64,000 bases of DNA, from the IMG/VR virus record IMGVR_UViG_3300042282_000085, one strand, 5' to 3'. Position numbers and translations under genes: made by a program. How positions within the stretch are numbered: position 1 is the first letter of the stretch; each line of letters starts with the position of its first letter. Below, in pieces: positions 47,377 through 57,478 of the stretch. Origin of the DNA: a virus (Duplodnaviria; Caudoviricetes). Under the pieces are notes generated by a model. The model worked only from the letters and a program-made list of their open reading frames with translations. It did no database searches and was not told where the DNA came from.

Positions 47377-48280
47377 TATCCCCTAAAAAGGACACGACTG
47401 CCTTCAAGTTAGCGGTGCGCTGCATTGAAGCACAGGTACGCCCGATGCGAGTTTTAGATTTGTACATGTTCGTGGTTTCCGCCAGGGCTACCATCTGTGA
47501 GAATACCGGTGGGTACTCCAGTGCCATAACGGATAGACCTACGGCCTCATGACCAATCCAGCTCCCACTGCCCATTAACTGAATAAGGGTATTGGAGTTA
47601 AACTGACCCATGTGGGTGGTAACGCTCTGTCGGATAGCTAAACACAAACCCTCTAGGTTAGCAGGCCGTTCTTTCAACCACTCCTGTACCTCTGCATTCT
47701 CTAAGGTATCCATGACCATCTGTGGCGGTACCCAGCCACCGCGTGCACCCAACAGTCGAATTGCCATCGCGGTGAGTTCTTCAGGGTCGACACGGTAATC
47801 TTTACGCGCCTTATGACCACTGGCCTCTAGGTAGAGTGCCAGATAGTAAACCGCTGCAAGAATGCGGATGGTGGCGCCGTCGGTCGCTGGCATGGCAAAG
47901 CGGCTGGCTAAGCCATTAGAGATCCACTGGCTGAATACTAACGCTGTAGGACGCATCACGGCGTCATAGGCATCGGGATTTGACTGCCAGAGGTACTCAA
48001 GGTATCCCCGCTGCACGAGGTTACGGTACTCTGGCATGTTGCGAATGCCACCGGCTTTGTTATAGAAAGGACGACCATCCAGGAACACCTTACCATCGTG
48101 AAAGATCGGATGGCTCCAGTGGTCCAATTTTTCGTTCTCAGCCGTGGTGATATAAATGTGTTTCGATACAGGCTTGAGTTGCCCCTCTCCCCCCAAGGCC
48201 AACTGCTCATCAATGCCTTGTTTAATCTGCTGGATGCGCCCTGCAAACTGACGTCCAATTGTAGTGCCGTATGGTCCCAT
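47351..48280 (-). CDS. Virion structural protein (phiKZ gp28-like)
   Basis: PYGTT start and ALEYPP motif; synteny between terL and the sheath gene. Confidence 0.65.
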   Translation of the reverse strand: MGPYGTTIGRQFAGRIQQIKQGIDEQLALGGEGQLKPVSKHIYITTAENEKLDHWSHPIFHDGKVFLDGRPFYNKAGGIRNMPEYRNLVQRGYLEYLWQSNPDAYDAVMRPTALVFSQWISNGLASRFAMPATDGATIRILAAVYYLALYLEASGHKARKDYRVDPEELTAMAIRLLGARGGWVPPQMVMDTLENAEVQEWLKERPANLEGLCLAIRQSVTTHMGQFNSNTLIQLMGSGSWIGHEAVGLSVMALEYPPVFSQMVALAETTNMYKSKTRIGRTCASMQRTANLKAVVSFLGDIEDADESV

Positions 48281-48623
48281 GGCGGGTACTCCTGTTATCG
48301 GTTAAATCGTATAGGCCTGTTAAAAATTATCGTAGCAGTATATAGAGCCAATTCTTACTATTCGCCTTTGGCTTTATTGAACATACGATTCCACTGGCTT
48401 GCCTGTGGTTAATGGGCATCCCGCTCGCATTACGTATCTCACTTATGTCGGTGAATTGATCACTCGCCGCAGGGTGTCGTTGGGACTGGATTCTATGTGT
48501 ACTCTGCCTTGTATTTAGGTATATGGCGTGTCATGTGGAGTCCATGCCACTCATAACTTTGCAAAGTTAAAAGGTTAAAAATATGCGCATACATAAACCT
48601 AGCATTTTGGGAGGTAACCTCCA

Positions 48624-50663
48624 ATGGCTACAATGATTAAGAACGCATCCCCTCGTCCGATTCTCACAGGTATTCGGGACGAATCGGGTCGCGCCTTACC
48701 CGTTATCCGGGAACAGATTCCCCAGCACCTCCCTCTCTTCTATATCCAGACCCAGCGTGGACCTATTGATCCTCAGTTGGTATCTGGCGGTGACATGCTG
48801 GAAATGTACGGCCGTAAGTCGTTTGAAGAGCGGTCTAAGTACTTCTCTCACCAGACTATGGGTGTCACCACCTGTAATGGTGCGGGTAATGCGGTCTTCA
48901 TTAAGCGTGTACTGGCAGACAATGCTGCCCGTGCAGGTATGGTGTTCTTCCTGGAACTGGTCGCCGATGACGTTCCTCAGTACCAGCGTGATCCGGATGG
49001 TGAAGTGATCCGTGATCCGTCTGGCGTTAAGCTGATTGACGGTAGTGTCACCGTAGACGGTTACAAGATGCGTTGGGTGGTTGAGCCGGTATCGGACATC
49101 AACAACCTGCGCGGTGAATTTAAAACCAACGGTACTTTGGCGGGTCGTGCAGGTGAAACCGCACAGCGTTTCCCGATCTTCGCCTTTGGCATGTACTACG
49201 GTGAATACGGTAACAACATCGGTATCCGTTTCTCCTTCCCGGGCCCGGCTACCAGCGATCCGGCTGACCTGTCTTTGGTTGAGTCTGAGCGTGCCATGAT
49301 TTACCGCGCCCAGTGGGTCGAGCGTGACGATGCGTTCTCTCTGCCGCGTACCACCTACAGCATGAACGCTGAACCCTTCGTTGACTTTACGTTGAAAGAA
49401 GGCGTGGTAAACCCGAAGACGGATCAAGAACTGGCAATCGGTCGCATTAAGTCCGACTACGAGAACATTGAGCCGACCTCTGGTTTTATTCCCAAACACG
49501 GTCCGGTTCAGGACATGCACATCTACCAGGAGAACATCGAAGAGATCCTGGAGATGCTGTTTGAGAAAGAAGTTGCTGCCGGTGGCCCTGTCGTTGACAA
49601 GCATCAGCTGAACATCTTCAACTGCCTGGATTACAACGGTAACGACCATTACAGCTTTGTACTGGATGCATCGTCCGCTACCATGTCCTCCTCCACTGTT
49701 CATTATGGACAGGGCGGTTCTGACGGTGATGTAAATGAAGCGGTACTGGATGAGCTGGTACGGGAAGAATGTTTGAACAACTGGGAAAACATTGATTACC
49801 CGCTGCTGGACTCTGCCCGTTACCCGTTGAGCGTGGTCTATGATACTGGCTTTACGCTGGAAACCAAGAAAGCCATTATCAACGTACTGGCGTACCGTAA
49901 AGACATTTCTGTCGGTATCTGTACTCAGGACGTTCTAAACCGTCCGAACAGTATCTCGGAAGAGACGTCTGTTATGACAGCACTGCGCGCCTATGCACGC
50001 CTCATCCCGGAATCCACCATCCACGGTACTCCGGTATGTCGCATGGTTTGTATTGGCCATGTAGGTCGCAAACAGTACAGCAACTACAAGTACAAGGTAC
50101 CGTTGATTCACGATCTGATCGAGAAGCGTGCCAAGTACATGGGTGCAGGTGAAGGTCGTTATAAGACCCGTTTCGCGTATGACGTTGCTCCGGCAAACCG
50201 CGTAGAAACCATGTCTGAAATCAACCATCCGTGGAAGCCTGAGATCGTACGCTCGCGCGATTGGGAACTGGGCCTGAACTGGGTACAGTTTGCCGACCGT
50301 CAGAGCCTCTTCTATCCGGCTCTGCAGACTATCTACGACGACGATACCTCTGTACTGAACTCTGACATCAACATGCTCATCGCAGTCGATGTTGTGAAGC
50401 AGTCCGAAGAAGTCTGGCGCCGTATGACCGGTAACACCACCTATACCAATGAGCAGTTCATCGAACGCTGTAACCGTGAACTTCTGACCCTGGTAGAAGG
50501 TCGCTACGACAACCGTGTTACCATTGTACCGAACACCTACTTCACTGAAGCGGATGAGGCACGCGGATACTCGTGGACCATGGACGTAGCGGTTTACGCT
50601 AACAACATGCGTACTGTGGGTATTATTAACGTCATCACTCGCCGCAGCAGCGATTTGGACTAA
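48624..50663 (+). CDS. Contractile tail sheath protein (phiKZ gp29-like)
   Basis: 679 aa; IKNASPR...GIRDES...PQHLPL N-terminus and YANNMRTV C-terminus; highly biased codon usage. Confidence 0.88.
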   Translation: MATMIKNASPRPILTGIRDESGRALPVIREQIPQHLPLFYIQTQRGPIDPQLVSGGDMLEMYGRKSFEERSKYFSHQTMGVTTCNGAGNAVFIKRVLADNAARAGMVFFLELVADDVPQYQRDPDGEVIRDPSGVKLIDGSVTVDGYKMRWVVEPVSDINNLRGEFKTNGTLAGRAGETAQRFPIFAFGMYYGEYGNNIGIRFSFPGPATSDPADLSLVESERAMIYRAQWVERDDAFSLPRTTYSMNAEPFVDFTLKEGVVNPKTDQELAIGRIKSDYENIEPTSGFIPKHGPVQDMHIYQENIEEILEMLFEKEVAAGGPVVDKHQLNIFNCLDYNGNDHYSFVLDASSATMSSSTVHYGQGGSDGDVNEAVLDELVREECLNNWENIDYPLLDSARYPLSVVYDTGFTLETKKAIINVLAYRKDISVGICTQDVLNRPNSISEETSVMTALRAYARLIPESTIHGTPVCRMVCIGHVGRKQYSNYKYKVPLIHDLIEKRAKYMGAGEGRYKTRFAYDVAPANRVETMSEINHPWKPEIVRSRDWELGLNWVQFADRQSLFYPALQTIYDDDTSVLNSDINMLIAVDVVKQSEEVWRRMTGNTTYTNEQFIERCNRELLTLVEGRYDNRVTIVPNTYFTEADEARGYSWTMDVAVYANNMRTVGIINVITRRSSDLD

Positions 50664-50675
50664 AGGGGATAAACA

Positions 50676-51542
50676 ATGAGTAACATTCTTGTAGCCGAAG
50701 ACCATTCCCTGTCGGCTGGTCGCACACGTGCCTTGAACGGCGCCGTCGGCGGCCAACAGGGCGCCATGTCGGATCCCCGTAACTGGATGTCCAGTGCCAC
50801 CTACGTTAAACAGAAGCTGATCCCGGTACTGATTGAGGCCCCTGGTCACATGACGTACATGGATAATGGTGCTGACCGCATCAAGATCCTGAAGGCTCTG
50901 GTTGAACTGATGGCCACCTCCATTACGGGTCTGACCAGTACACTGGAAGTGGAATATGGTGAGCACCGCGTCTCTAATGCCGGTGAGTTCCATGAGACCA
51001 TGACCAACGTAAACCGTGCTCGTTCAGTGCCGTCCTTTGTATGGCCTGAGAAAGAGGGTATGGCGGTTTACAACTTCTTCAATGATTGGATTGTCGAGTT
51101 GTTGGCGGATCCTGAAACCATGCATCCGGGTCTGGTAAATAAAACAGCCTATCAGGAAGCGGGTTATCCGGAGTTCTTGCCGGATGCGATCTCAATGACC
51201 GTGCTGTTCATTGAACCGTCTCGTGACCTGAAGCGCATCACCAATGCGTGGCTGTGCACCAACATGATGCCGAAGTCTTCTGGTACCAACGAAGGTTCTC
51301 GTGTCATTGGTGAAGCGAACGAAACGGTTGAACAGACCATCGAGTTCACTGCAACCACTCAGATCGGTAAAGAAGTTATCCGTCTGGCTCAGACCTACCT
51401 GGATGAGCTGAACAAGACTGGCTTCCAGCCGGCGGCACTGCCTGCTGCGTATGAAGAGATTTCAGCCGACGTTAATGTCGACTCTGAAAGCTACAAAACC
51501 AAGGTTGAGCAAGTTGCCGACGCCGCTGCGTCTCAGGGATAA
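50676..51542 (+). CDS. Tail tube protein (phiKZ gp30-like)
   Basis: 288 aa directly after the sheath gene; TVLFIEP...NAWLCTNMMPK motif. Confidence 0.82.
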   Translation: MSNILVAEDHSLSAGRTRALNGAVGGQQGAMSDPRNWMSSATYVKQKLIPVLIEAPGHMTYMDNGADRIKILKALVELMATSITGLTSTLEVEYGEHRVSNAGEFHETMTNVNRARSVPSFVWPEKEGMAVYNFFNDWIVELLADPETMHPGLVNKTAYQEAGYPEFLPDAISMTVLFIEPSRDLKRITNAWLCTNMMPKSSGTNEGSRVIGEANETVEQTIEFTATTQIGKEVIRLAQTYLDELNKTGFQPAALPAAYEEISADVNVDSESYKTKVEQVADAAASQG

Positions 51543-51551
51543 GCATAGTAC

Positions 51552-51581
51552 AATCCCCATGGGCTTCGGCCCATGGGGATT
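51552..51581. terminator. Bidirectional terminator hairpin
   Basis: AATCCCCATGGGC-ttcg-GCCCATGGGGATT between convergent genes. Confidence 0.85.
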
Positions 51582-51588
51582 TATGCTG

Positions 51589-51972
51589 TCATCCAGTTAT
51601 AGTGTCACCCTCACTGTCAAGGGGGTATTCCTTTAATTTCTCCAGTCCATTTTGAATAAGTAGGTCAGCCAGTGAATCTTCACGGGTACCCTCTGGCGTC
51701 ATGAGGTAAAGATCCGCTACATACCGACCGTAGACCCCTAGCTTATGGGTTACTAAGATAACCTCCTTACCTTCAATTAAACTGCGTACGAAATCGGTCG
51801 CTTCTTTCCCATGTACCCGCTCAGCCTCACACGAAGGGCGATAGGTTTCAGGGGTGTCTACCCCATTCAATCTGAAACTGTGGGTAATGGTAATGGAGAA
51901 GCCACAATCTACTTCAGCCCAAAAGCTATCTCCATCCACCACTCGGGTGACTCGTGCCCTATACTCATACAT
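51589..51972 (-). CDS. Thermonuclease (SNase-like) family nuclease
   Basis: VTRVVDGDS, RLNGVDTPE and YGRYVA motifs. Confidence 0.9.
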   Translation of the reverse strand: MYEYRARVTRVVDGDSFWAEVDCGFSITITHSFRLNGVDTPETYRPSCEAERVHGKEATDFVRSLIEGKEVILVTHKLGVYGRYVADLYLMTPEGTREDSLADLLIQNGLEKLKEYPLDSEGDTITG

Positions 51973-52037
51973 AGTGAATCCTCTTTACAAACCCTGTGGT
52001 TAGGTACAGAGGATCTAAAGAAAAAAAAGAATCATAT

Positions 52038-52059
52038 CCACCCGCCCGAAGGCGGGTGG
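52038..52059 (-). terminator. Intrinsic terminator hairpin
   Basis: CCACCCGCC-cgaa-GGCGGGTGG with a U-tract on the minus strand. Confidence 0.75.
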
Positions 52060-52065
52060 GTTAAA

Positions 52066-52218
52066 TCAATCGTCATCGGGCCCATTGTTGTAATAGGCTA
52101 TGTCTTCGTCTTGAGCTTCGACATCGAGCTCATCTTCGTCTTCCATTTCATCCTCCGCATCAAATAGGAAACACCCCTTACGCAGGGTAAAAATATCCTC
52201 ATCATCGCTACACATCAT
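52066..52218 (-). CDS. 50-aa highly acidic peptide
   Basis: MMCSDDEDIFTLRKGCFLFDAEDEMEDEDELDVEAQDEDIAYYNNGPDDD; ATGA overlap with the upstream gene and a terminator directly after; not in the ORF track. Confidence 0.6.
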   Translation of the reverse strand: MMCSDDEDIFTLRKGCFLFDAEDEMEDEDELDVEAQDEDIAYYNNGPDDD

Positions 52219-52610
52219 GCCCAGCCTGCCCCATTAGAGCTCCCAATAATGCGGGTCAGTGCCTGGTTAAGGTCGCCATAGGGCGGCATATGGTAGTGGG
52301 CTTGGTTAGGCTGTAGGGCAGCGTTATTAATCTCTATAGATACAAATACATTGGCCTTGGCCCATACAAAACCAATGGATGTGATAATGCCCCCCATAGT
52401 TGCTTGTGGATAAGGGGCATTGGGCCATTGGCTAACATGGCCCATGGGGTTTCTGATCACCAAATCGGGGGGAGTATCGAATACATTTCCCTCTACCGGA
52501 ACGTTATCGCAAAACCAATTCTTCAGAAGATCGTAGGGTACTGTTATGGTACCCCGATCTTCGACAATCCCGTTTACTAAATCACTGATGTTGCCTACAA
52601 AAATAGTCAT
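52215..52610 (-). CDS. Hypothetical protein
   Basis: 131-aa ORF with a GGAG RBS. Confidence 0.55.
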   Translation of the reverse strand: MTIFVGNISDLVNGIVEDRGTITVPYDLLKNWFCDNVPVEGNVFDTPPDLVIRNPMGHVSQWPNAPYPQATMGGIITSIGFVWAKANVFVSIEINNAALQPNQAHYHMPPYGDLNQALTRIIGSSNGAGWA

Positions 52611-52696
52611 AGTGTATCTCCAAAAATATAAAAGGTTACTAAGTCTAAATCAAGCATAGATACCCTGGCTCCCAGAAGGAAGCCAGGGCATTCTAA

Positions 52697-53098
52697 TTAG
52701 CCTACCAACATACGGCTTATTTCGGCCTGGGCTCCAGAGAGGAGCTCCTCACCGGTCAGGGTACGTTCGACGCCAGAGACCATACTCCACTCGCCGTCTT
52801 CGGCGTTCTTATGGATGGAGTGGTTGACCTCCACTCCAGGGCCCATATGGAAGGTACCGGAGATCAGATCCGCATCCGGATTATCTTTCAGGTACGTCTC
52901 CGTTGCTGTACCCAGTGCCTTGGCACTGGAGACAATATAGTCCGATTCGTACTGCCGTACGGCAGTCACCGTTTCAGGGGTAACTGCTTCAGGGGCGTTT
53001 GACCAAAATGCCCCTTCATCGAGTTCAACACTACCGTCAGTAACGGTAGTCAGTTCTGTCAATGCTGCGGTCAGGTTCTTGATGGTATCGTTAGACAT
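52697..53098 (-). CDS. Acidic early protein with its own promoter and terminator
   Basis: 133 aa with a GGAG RBS, flanked by the promoter at 53158 and a hairpin at 52663-52688. Confidence 0.7.
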   Translation of the reverse strand: MSNDTIKNLTAALTELTTVTDGSVELDEGAFWSNAPEAVTPETVTAVRQYESDYIVSSAKALGTATETYLKDNPDADLISGTFHMGPGVEVNHSIHKNAEDGEWSMVSGVERTLTGEELLSGAQAEISRMLVG

Positions 53099-53157
53099 CG
53101 TTAATCTCCATTAAATGTCATGTGATGTAAAGAGTATAGTGCACTGTACTCCCCTAA

Positions 53158-53167
53158 GTAATATAGG
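53158..53167 (-). promoter_or_regulatory. Early promoter motif CCTATATTAC
   Basis: Exact copy of the motif 60 bp upstream of the start at 53098. Confidence 0.75.
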
Positions 53168-53184
53168 GGTGAACTATTATTGAA

Positions 53185-53652
53185 TTACGATAGGCAACCG
53201 GCACGGCGCACTTGAGCAAGGGTCAGGTGCTCCAGTAGTAGCAGTACCAACAGATACGGGGCGGCCTTTAACTCTTCCAGGATTTGGCGACTGAGGGTAG
53301 GCCCTGGATTGGTGTAGTGGACTACGGAAGCCTCTGCAAATTGCTCTGTGATCGCCTGTAAACCTTTACTACCAACCCTGACAGTCAGTCGCCCATAAAG
53401 CAATCTAAGGTCTTGGATAGTCTCGTCGGTTAGTCCCGATAAGAAACGGCCATAGAGTACCTCATCCCCTAGGATCGCGAGGAGGGAGGGTGTACCGGCC
53501 GCCAGGGCGTAGAGGTTACGGACATGTGTCTGTAGGGGTGTGGCATTGAGTTTACGAAGTGTGGTCCGGGCTGCAAACGCAGCCTCTAATATCTCCGTCA
53601 GTACCTCGGTCACCTGGTTGAGGTCAACGTCGACGTCATTGCGTTTAATCAT
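53185..53652 (-). CDS. Hypothetical helical protein
   Basis: 155-aa ORF in the sbcC operon. Confidence 0.6.
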   Translation of the reverse strand: MIKRNDVDVDLNQVTEVLTEILEAAFAARTTLRKLNATPLQTHVRNLYALAAGTPSLLAILGDEVLYGRFLSGLTDETIQDLRLLYGRLTVRVGSKGLQAITEQFAEASVVHYTNPGPTLSRQILEELKAAPYLLVLLLLEHLTLAQVRRAGCLS

Positions 53653-54160
53653 GGTGGGCTCCCGGTGATTTACGGTGCCGTAAAAGGAAGCGCTGCTGCT
53701 GGTGTATTAAAGCAGGGGCACCTGTTACAACAATTGATGCTAAACATCCAAGCTGCAAAATCATGAGCGGCCAATAGTAGCTGAAGTCCTTTGCTAGAAA
53801 GGAAAGGGTGGGTAACATCGTGATTGTAAAGAGGCTTACAATCAAATACTCATATAGTCGACCCTTTACCGTATCTTTAATAGGCTCACGCTCCCCAATG
53901 GACAATACAAAATACGGGTTGACCACTACCAGTACTGACATTGCAATGACGTAGACGGGATGGGTAATGCCGGGTATAAAGAGCATGGCCATTGATAGGA
54001 AAAAGGAATTAACCAATACGTTGGTTAACAATAGTCCCATGTGGGGCTTTATACCAGGATGACTTACATCTTTAGGGGCGTAGATATACGCAAGGCCCCA
54101 ACCAATAACATTAAAGTAGACAAGCAGCTGCATAGCAGCTGTGGTTTCGATTGCGTTCAT
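53645..54160 (-). CDS. Multi-pass membrane protein
   Basis: About five hydrophobic segments in 171 aa. Confidence 0.7.
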   Translation of the reverse strand: MNAIETTAAMQLLVYFNVIGWGLAYIYAPKDVSHPGIKPHMGLLLTNVLVNSFFLSMAMLFIPGITHPVYVIAMSVLVVVNPYFVLSIGEREPIKDTVKGRLYEYLIVSLFTITMLPTLSFLAKDFSYYWPLMILQLGCLASIVVTGAPALIHQQQRFLLRHRKSPGAHHD

Positions 54161-54167
54161 ATGAACC

Positions 54168-56624
54168 TCAATAATAACGAAGGGTGGCGTGGTTGTTATA
54201 GTCTCTAGGTACTACGATGTTTTGGGGCGATAGAACCAAGGTATCGGCATTGGCCAATCCACCGTATTCGGAGGAGAAGTGATTCACCATGAAGAGTTGC
54301 TCACATTGACGGGTATCTAGCATATGCTTAACATACTGCATAAACCGACCTCGGTGGGTGTGGTCAAACGCTGCACCGACCTCATCCAGAAATAAAGGAT
54401 ATTGGTTCAACCCTTTATAAGCCAGTAGAACGACTGTAAAGGCAAAGTTAATTACCTCTTGTTGTCCCTTTGAGGTTAACCCTATATCCGGCACAACTTC
54501 GTCCTCGACACGGACAGGAAACTTATAGTCCAGTTTCCCCTTTTCTATGCCACAGGGCAAGACCGACAGATCATACTCCCAGATTGCACCGATCACTCGA
54601 TTCATTTGGGAGACAAAGTCATTGATGAAGCCTTGCATCTGCTCGGCAATAAAGCCATCCTTAGGTGAAAGTTCGTTCAGTAGTAGACTATAGGCTTCTC
54701 GTTTACCCCTGAGTTCCTTTACATCCCCCTCGAGACGACCGATATGGTCCTCTAAATGTTTGGCTTTATTTACCCGTTCCGATATGCCATACAGTTCAGC
54801 CTCTAGTGTTTTAAGTTGCTCCTCCACACCCTGGTAACCAATGGCATTGCCATAATCCGCAAAGGCTTCTCCCGCCTCTCCGACTGCGGCTTCAATCTCC
54901 GTGTGTAACGCTGTGAGGGTTTCGAATACCGTAATCAGGGATTTAGTGTCATTGAGCTCTACCTGTAAGGTGCGTTGTAATTTGAGGATATCCTCATACC
55001 GCGCTTCTAGAGCAGTGGCTTGTCCCTGTACATCCATTCGACCCGCATCCTCAATCGTTTTAAGGGTCCCCTCAATATCGAGCTTACGTTTAATCAGTGT
55101 CTGATAATTAGCTTGTACCTCTAGCGTACGACGATCACGGTCCAAGCGATCTACCACGGTACGTAGGTCAGCCTCAATATCCACCAATGACACGTACCCC
55201 AGTGTTTGGAGATATTCCATTACTGCAGGCTCTGCATCCAGTACCCGTTTAATACGGTTAACGACCTGCACGTAGTTACGGTAACCGGTCAATATGGATT
55301 CCTGCTCAGTAAGCTGCATAGAGAGGGTCTCCGCACGCCTACCCAAGGCTTCTACGGCATCGACCAATACACTGAACCCAGCATCATCTAATGCCCGTGC
55401 CGGATACACCTTTGTACTGCAATTTGGACAGGTCAGTGCGCCTGAACGATGGTGCTCTGCGTGTATCAAACGTTCCTGTTCTACCTTAAGCTGCTCATTC
55501 GCTTTTAAGTGGTCGGTCGCCAGTGCACGACAGGTATCCTGTTGCGTAAGTAAGGTAGCGCGATCGCATGGCTGATATTGGTCGGGATAGTCGATCGCAA
55601 TTTCATAGAGTGCCTTAGAGACGTAGTGCATTGGTCGGATAAGCTCTACACTTACGTCTAAGGCTTTGGGTGTTCCCATTTTCTCTAGTGAGGCTTCAAT
55701 CTCATTAAGCTCACGCCGAAGACGGTCGGTACCCGCATCGGTATTCTCCACCATCGCCTTGTGCTTGTTTAGCTCATCCAGCTGCACCAGTACAGAACGT
55801 GCTTCACCCTCTAACTGATGGTACTGTTCGGTAAGTCCGGCCCGTCTTTCCAGTGCAGCGCCATAGCTACGAAGTCCATTCGTGGATACGGATTTAACAT
55901 CCTTCGCCTGTTGAATATACGCCAACAGCTCATCCCGTACCCTCAATACACGCTCACTGTACCGGGACATATCCACTTTCTCATTTAAAGAATGAGGACG
56001 CAGGGCGAAGATCGCTTGCTCTAACACGTTATAGCGCTGCGCGGCCAATTCGCGATCCTCAATCAGTCCGAGCTCCCGATGGAGCGACTCGATTTTGGTC
56101 TCTAGATGTTTAATGGCGCCAGTGGTGTCTCTCTGCCCCGTACGCAGGCGATCGTACAGACCTAGGGCATACGTCAGGTCTAGATGAGAAATCGACATGA
56201 GGACGTCCTGGCGCTGTGCAGGGCCCATCTGTGTAAAGTGGGTTTCCTGAAGAAGCAGTTTCTGTAGTTCAGCCGTGTAATTCAGTTCCCGTTCCATGTG
56301 TTCCTTATAGACAGGAGCCACTGCATCTTCACACAGGGACTGACCGTCACAGATAAAAGTATGCTTCGCACTGCGACCGTGTATTTTGGAGATACCGATA
56401 TACTGCTTACCCTGGTGCTCGATATGGATCTCTTTATAGCCCTCTTTGGTAAAGTCACCCGGTGAAATTGGCATCGGGTTAAGCTGCCTAAGAAGACTAC
56501 TTTTACCTGACCCATTCGTACCGAGTATAAGCTGCAAGAGTGAGTCAAGCTGTACATCAATTTCCTTAATCATGGATAGGGCTAAGTTACGGTATCCATG
56601 TAAGACCAGCCGTGTAATGCGCAT
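54168..56624 (-). CDS. sbcC: SbcC/Rad50-like ATPase (phiKZ gp165-like)
   Basis: GTNGSGKSS Walker A, coiled coil with CPNC zinc hook, SKGQ signature, LFLDEVGAAFD Walker B/D-loop. Confidence 0.92.
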   Translation of the reverse strand: MRITRLVLHGYRNLALSMIKEIDVQLDSLLQLILGTNGSGKSSLLRQLNPMPISPGDFTKEGYKEIHIEHQGKQYIGISKIHGRSAKHTFICDGQSLCEDAVAPVYKEHMERELNYTAELQKLLLQETHFTQMGPAQRQDVLMSISHLDLTYALGLYDRLRTGQRDTTGAIKHLETKIESLHRELGLIEDRELAAQRYNVLEQAIFALRPHSLNEKVDMSRYSERVLRVRDELLAYIQQAKDVKSVSTNGLRSYGAALERRAGLTEQYHQLEGEARSVLVQLDELNKHKAMVENTDAGTDRLRRELNEIEASLEKMGTPKALDVSVELIRPMHYVSKALYEIAIDYPDQYQPCDRATLLTQQDTCRALATDHLKANEQLKVEQERLIHAEHHRSGALTCPNCSTKVYPARALDDAGFSVLVDAVEALGRRAETLSMQLTEQESILTGYRNYVQVVNRIKRVLDAEPAVMEYLQTLGYVSLVDIEADLRTVVDRLDRDRRTLEVQANYQTLIKRKLDIEGTLKTIEDAGRMDVQGQATALEARYEDILKLQRTLQVELNDTKSLITVFETLTALHTEIEAAVGEAGEAFADYGNAIGYQGVEEQLKTLEAELYGISERVNKAKHLEDHIGRLEGDVKELRGKREAYSLLLNELSPKDGFIAEQMQGFINDFVSQMNRVIGAIWEYDLSVLPCGIEKGKLDYKFPVRVEDEVVPDIGLTSKGQQEVINFAFTVVLLAYKGLNQYPLFLDEVGAAFDHTHRGRFMQYVKHMLDTRQCEQLFMVNHFSSEYGGLANADTLVLSPQNIVVPRDYNNHATLRYY

Positions 56625-56654
56625 TCCTGCTTCCTATTATGGTAGATATATGGT

Positions 56655-57026
56655 TTAGTCGACCTGCTCAAGAATATGCCAGCGACCCTGTTTATAGTAG
56701 AGAGTAACCCAATTATGCGTAAACGTATCGCCTTCTACAGGAGACTCTTTCTTGGCATACGCCATACAGAGAGCTTCCTCTCGATCCTTCATCATGGACC
56801 TCAGACCCGCGGCTGAGCCTTTCGTATCACCTTCAAGCTTCTTACGGATCAAACGGTCCAATACCGGGTTACCCGATTCAGGTATCAAAAGCTCCAAACA
56901 AAAATATTCCTGTTTAGTGAGTCCCTGTGAGTGCCCATTGGGGTAAACGGGTCGATTGTCAGTCTGTGTCTCATCGGTACGCCCGACCGGACGACCTTGG
57001 GAGATAATAAGTGTATCGTCGTGCAT
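56655..57026 (-). CDS. Hypothetical protein (GLTKxEYF motif)
   Basis: 123-aa ORF with an AAGGA RBS. Confidence 0.55.
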   Translation of the reverse strand: MHDDTLIISQGRPVGRTDETQTDNRPVYPNGHSQGLTKQEYFCLELLIPESGNPVLDRLIRKKLEGDTKGSAAGLRSMMKDREEALCMAYAKKESPVEGDTFTHNWVTLYYKQGRWHILEQVD

Positions 57027-57092
57027 GGTTAGTGTCCTTTACTATAGTTAGATCATTGAAGGGGGCAATATAATTAAATTCGAGCATAGGGT

Positions 57093-57116
57093 CCCCACTC
57101 CCCGAAGGGAGTGGGG
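57093..57116 (-). terminator. Terminator hairpin
   Basis: CCCCACTCCC-cgaa-GGGAGTGGGG. Confidence 0.7.
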
Positions 57117-57136
57117 GGCGTTGCTAGTGCTAGCGG

Positions 57137-57427
57137 TTAAAGGTGAATACAGAGACCCACAATGACCGGCAGGACTGAGACAACAGGGATGGCCAAATAG
57201 TGTACAACCTTGTGTACAGTTTCTTCAGCCCGGTGTACCTCGTCTTTAGACACAAACGAATTGCGCCGAATCGACAGATACGTGTTGCGACGGGATAATG
57301 GTCGTAACCCATAAAGGCGATATGTCAACTCAATGAGCAGGGGGTGGTTATCGTTTACCCATGCCCGCAGTGCAAACCATACGACCAGACTCGCCACGAT
57401 TGAAATCGCAAGAACCATCGATTCCAT
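57137..57427 (-). CDS. Small two-pass membrane protein
   Basis: Hydrophobic N- and C-terminal segments; GAGGAGG RBS. Confidence 0.6.
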   Translation of the reverse strand: MESMVLAISIVASLVVWFALRAWVNDNHPLLIELTYRLYGLRPLSRRNTYLSIRRNSFVSKDEVHRAEETVHKVVHYLAIPVVSVLPVIVGLCIHL

Positions 57428-57478
57428 GTTGGCCTCCTCGCGTCTGAGTTGCCTAGAACGGCATAGGATAGGCGCGTA

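Noticed and set aside
48696-50993. Long antisense ORFs (48696-49703, 49935-50993; likewise 5659-6570 and 6601-7176)
   Set aside because: They shadow strongly codon-biased genes (sheath, tube, chimallin) on the opposite strand and show no motifs.
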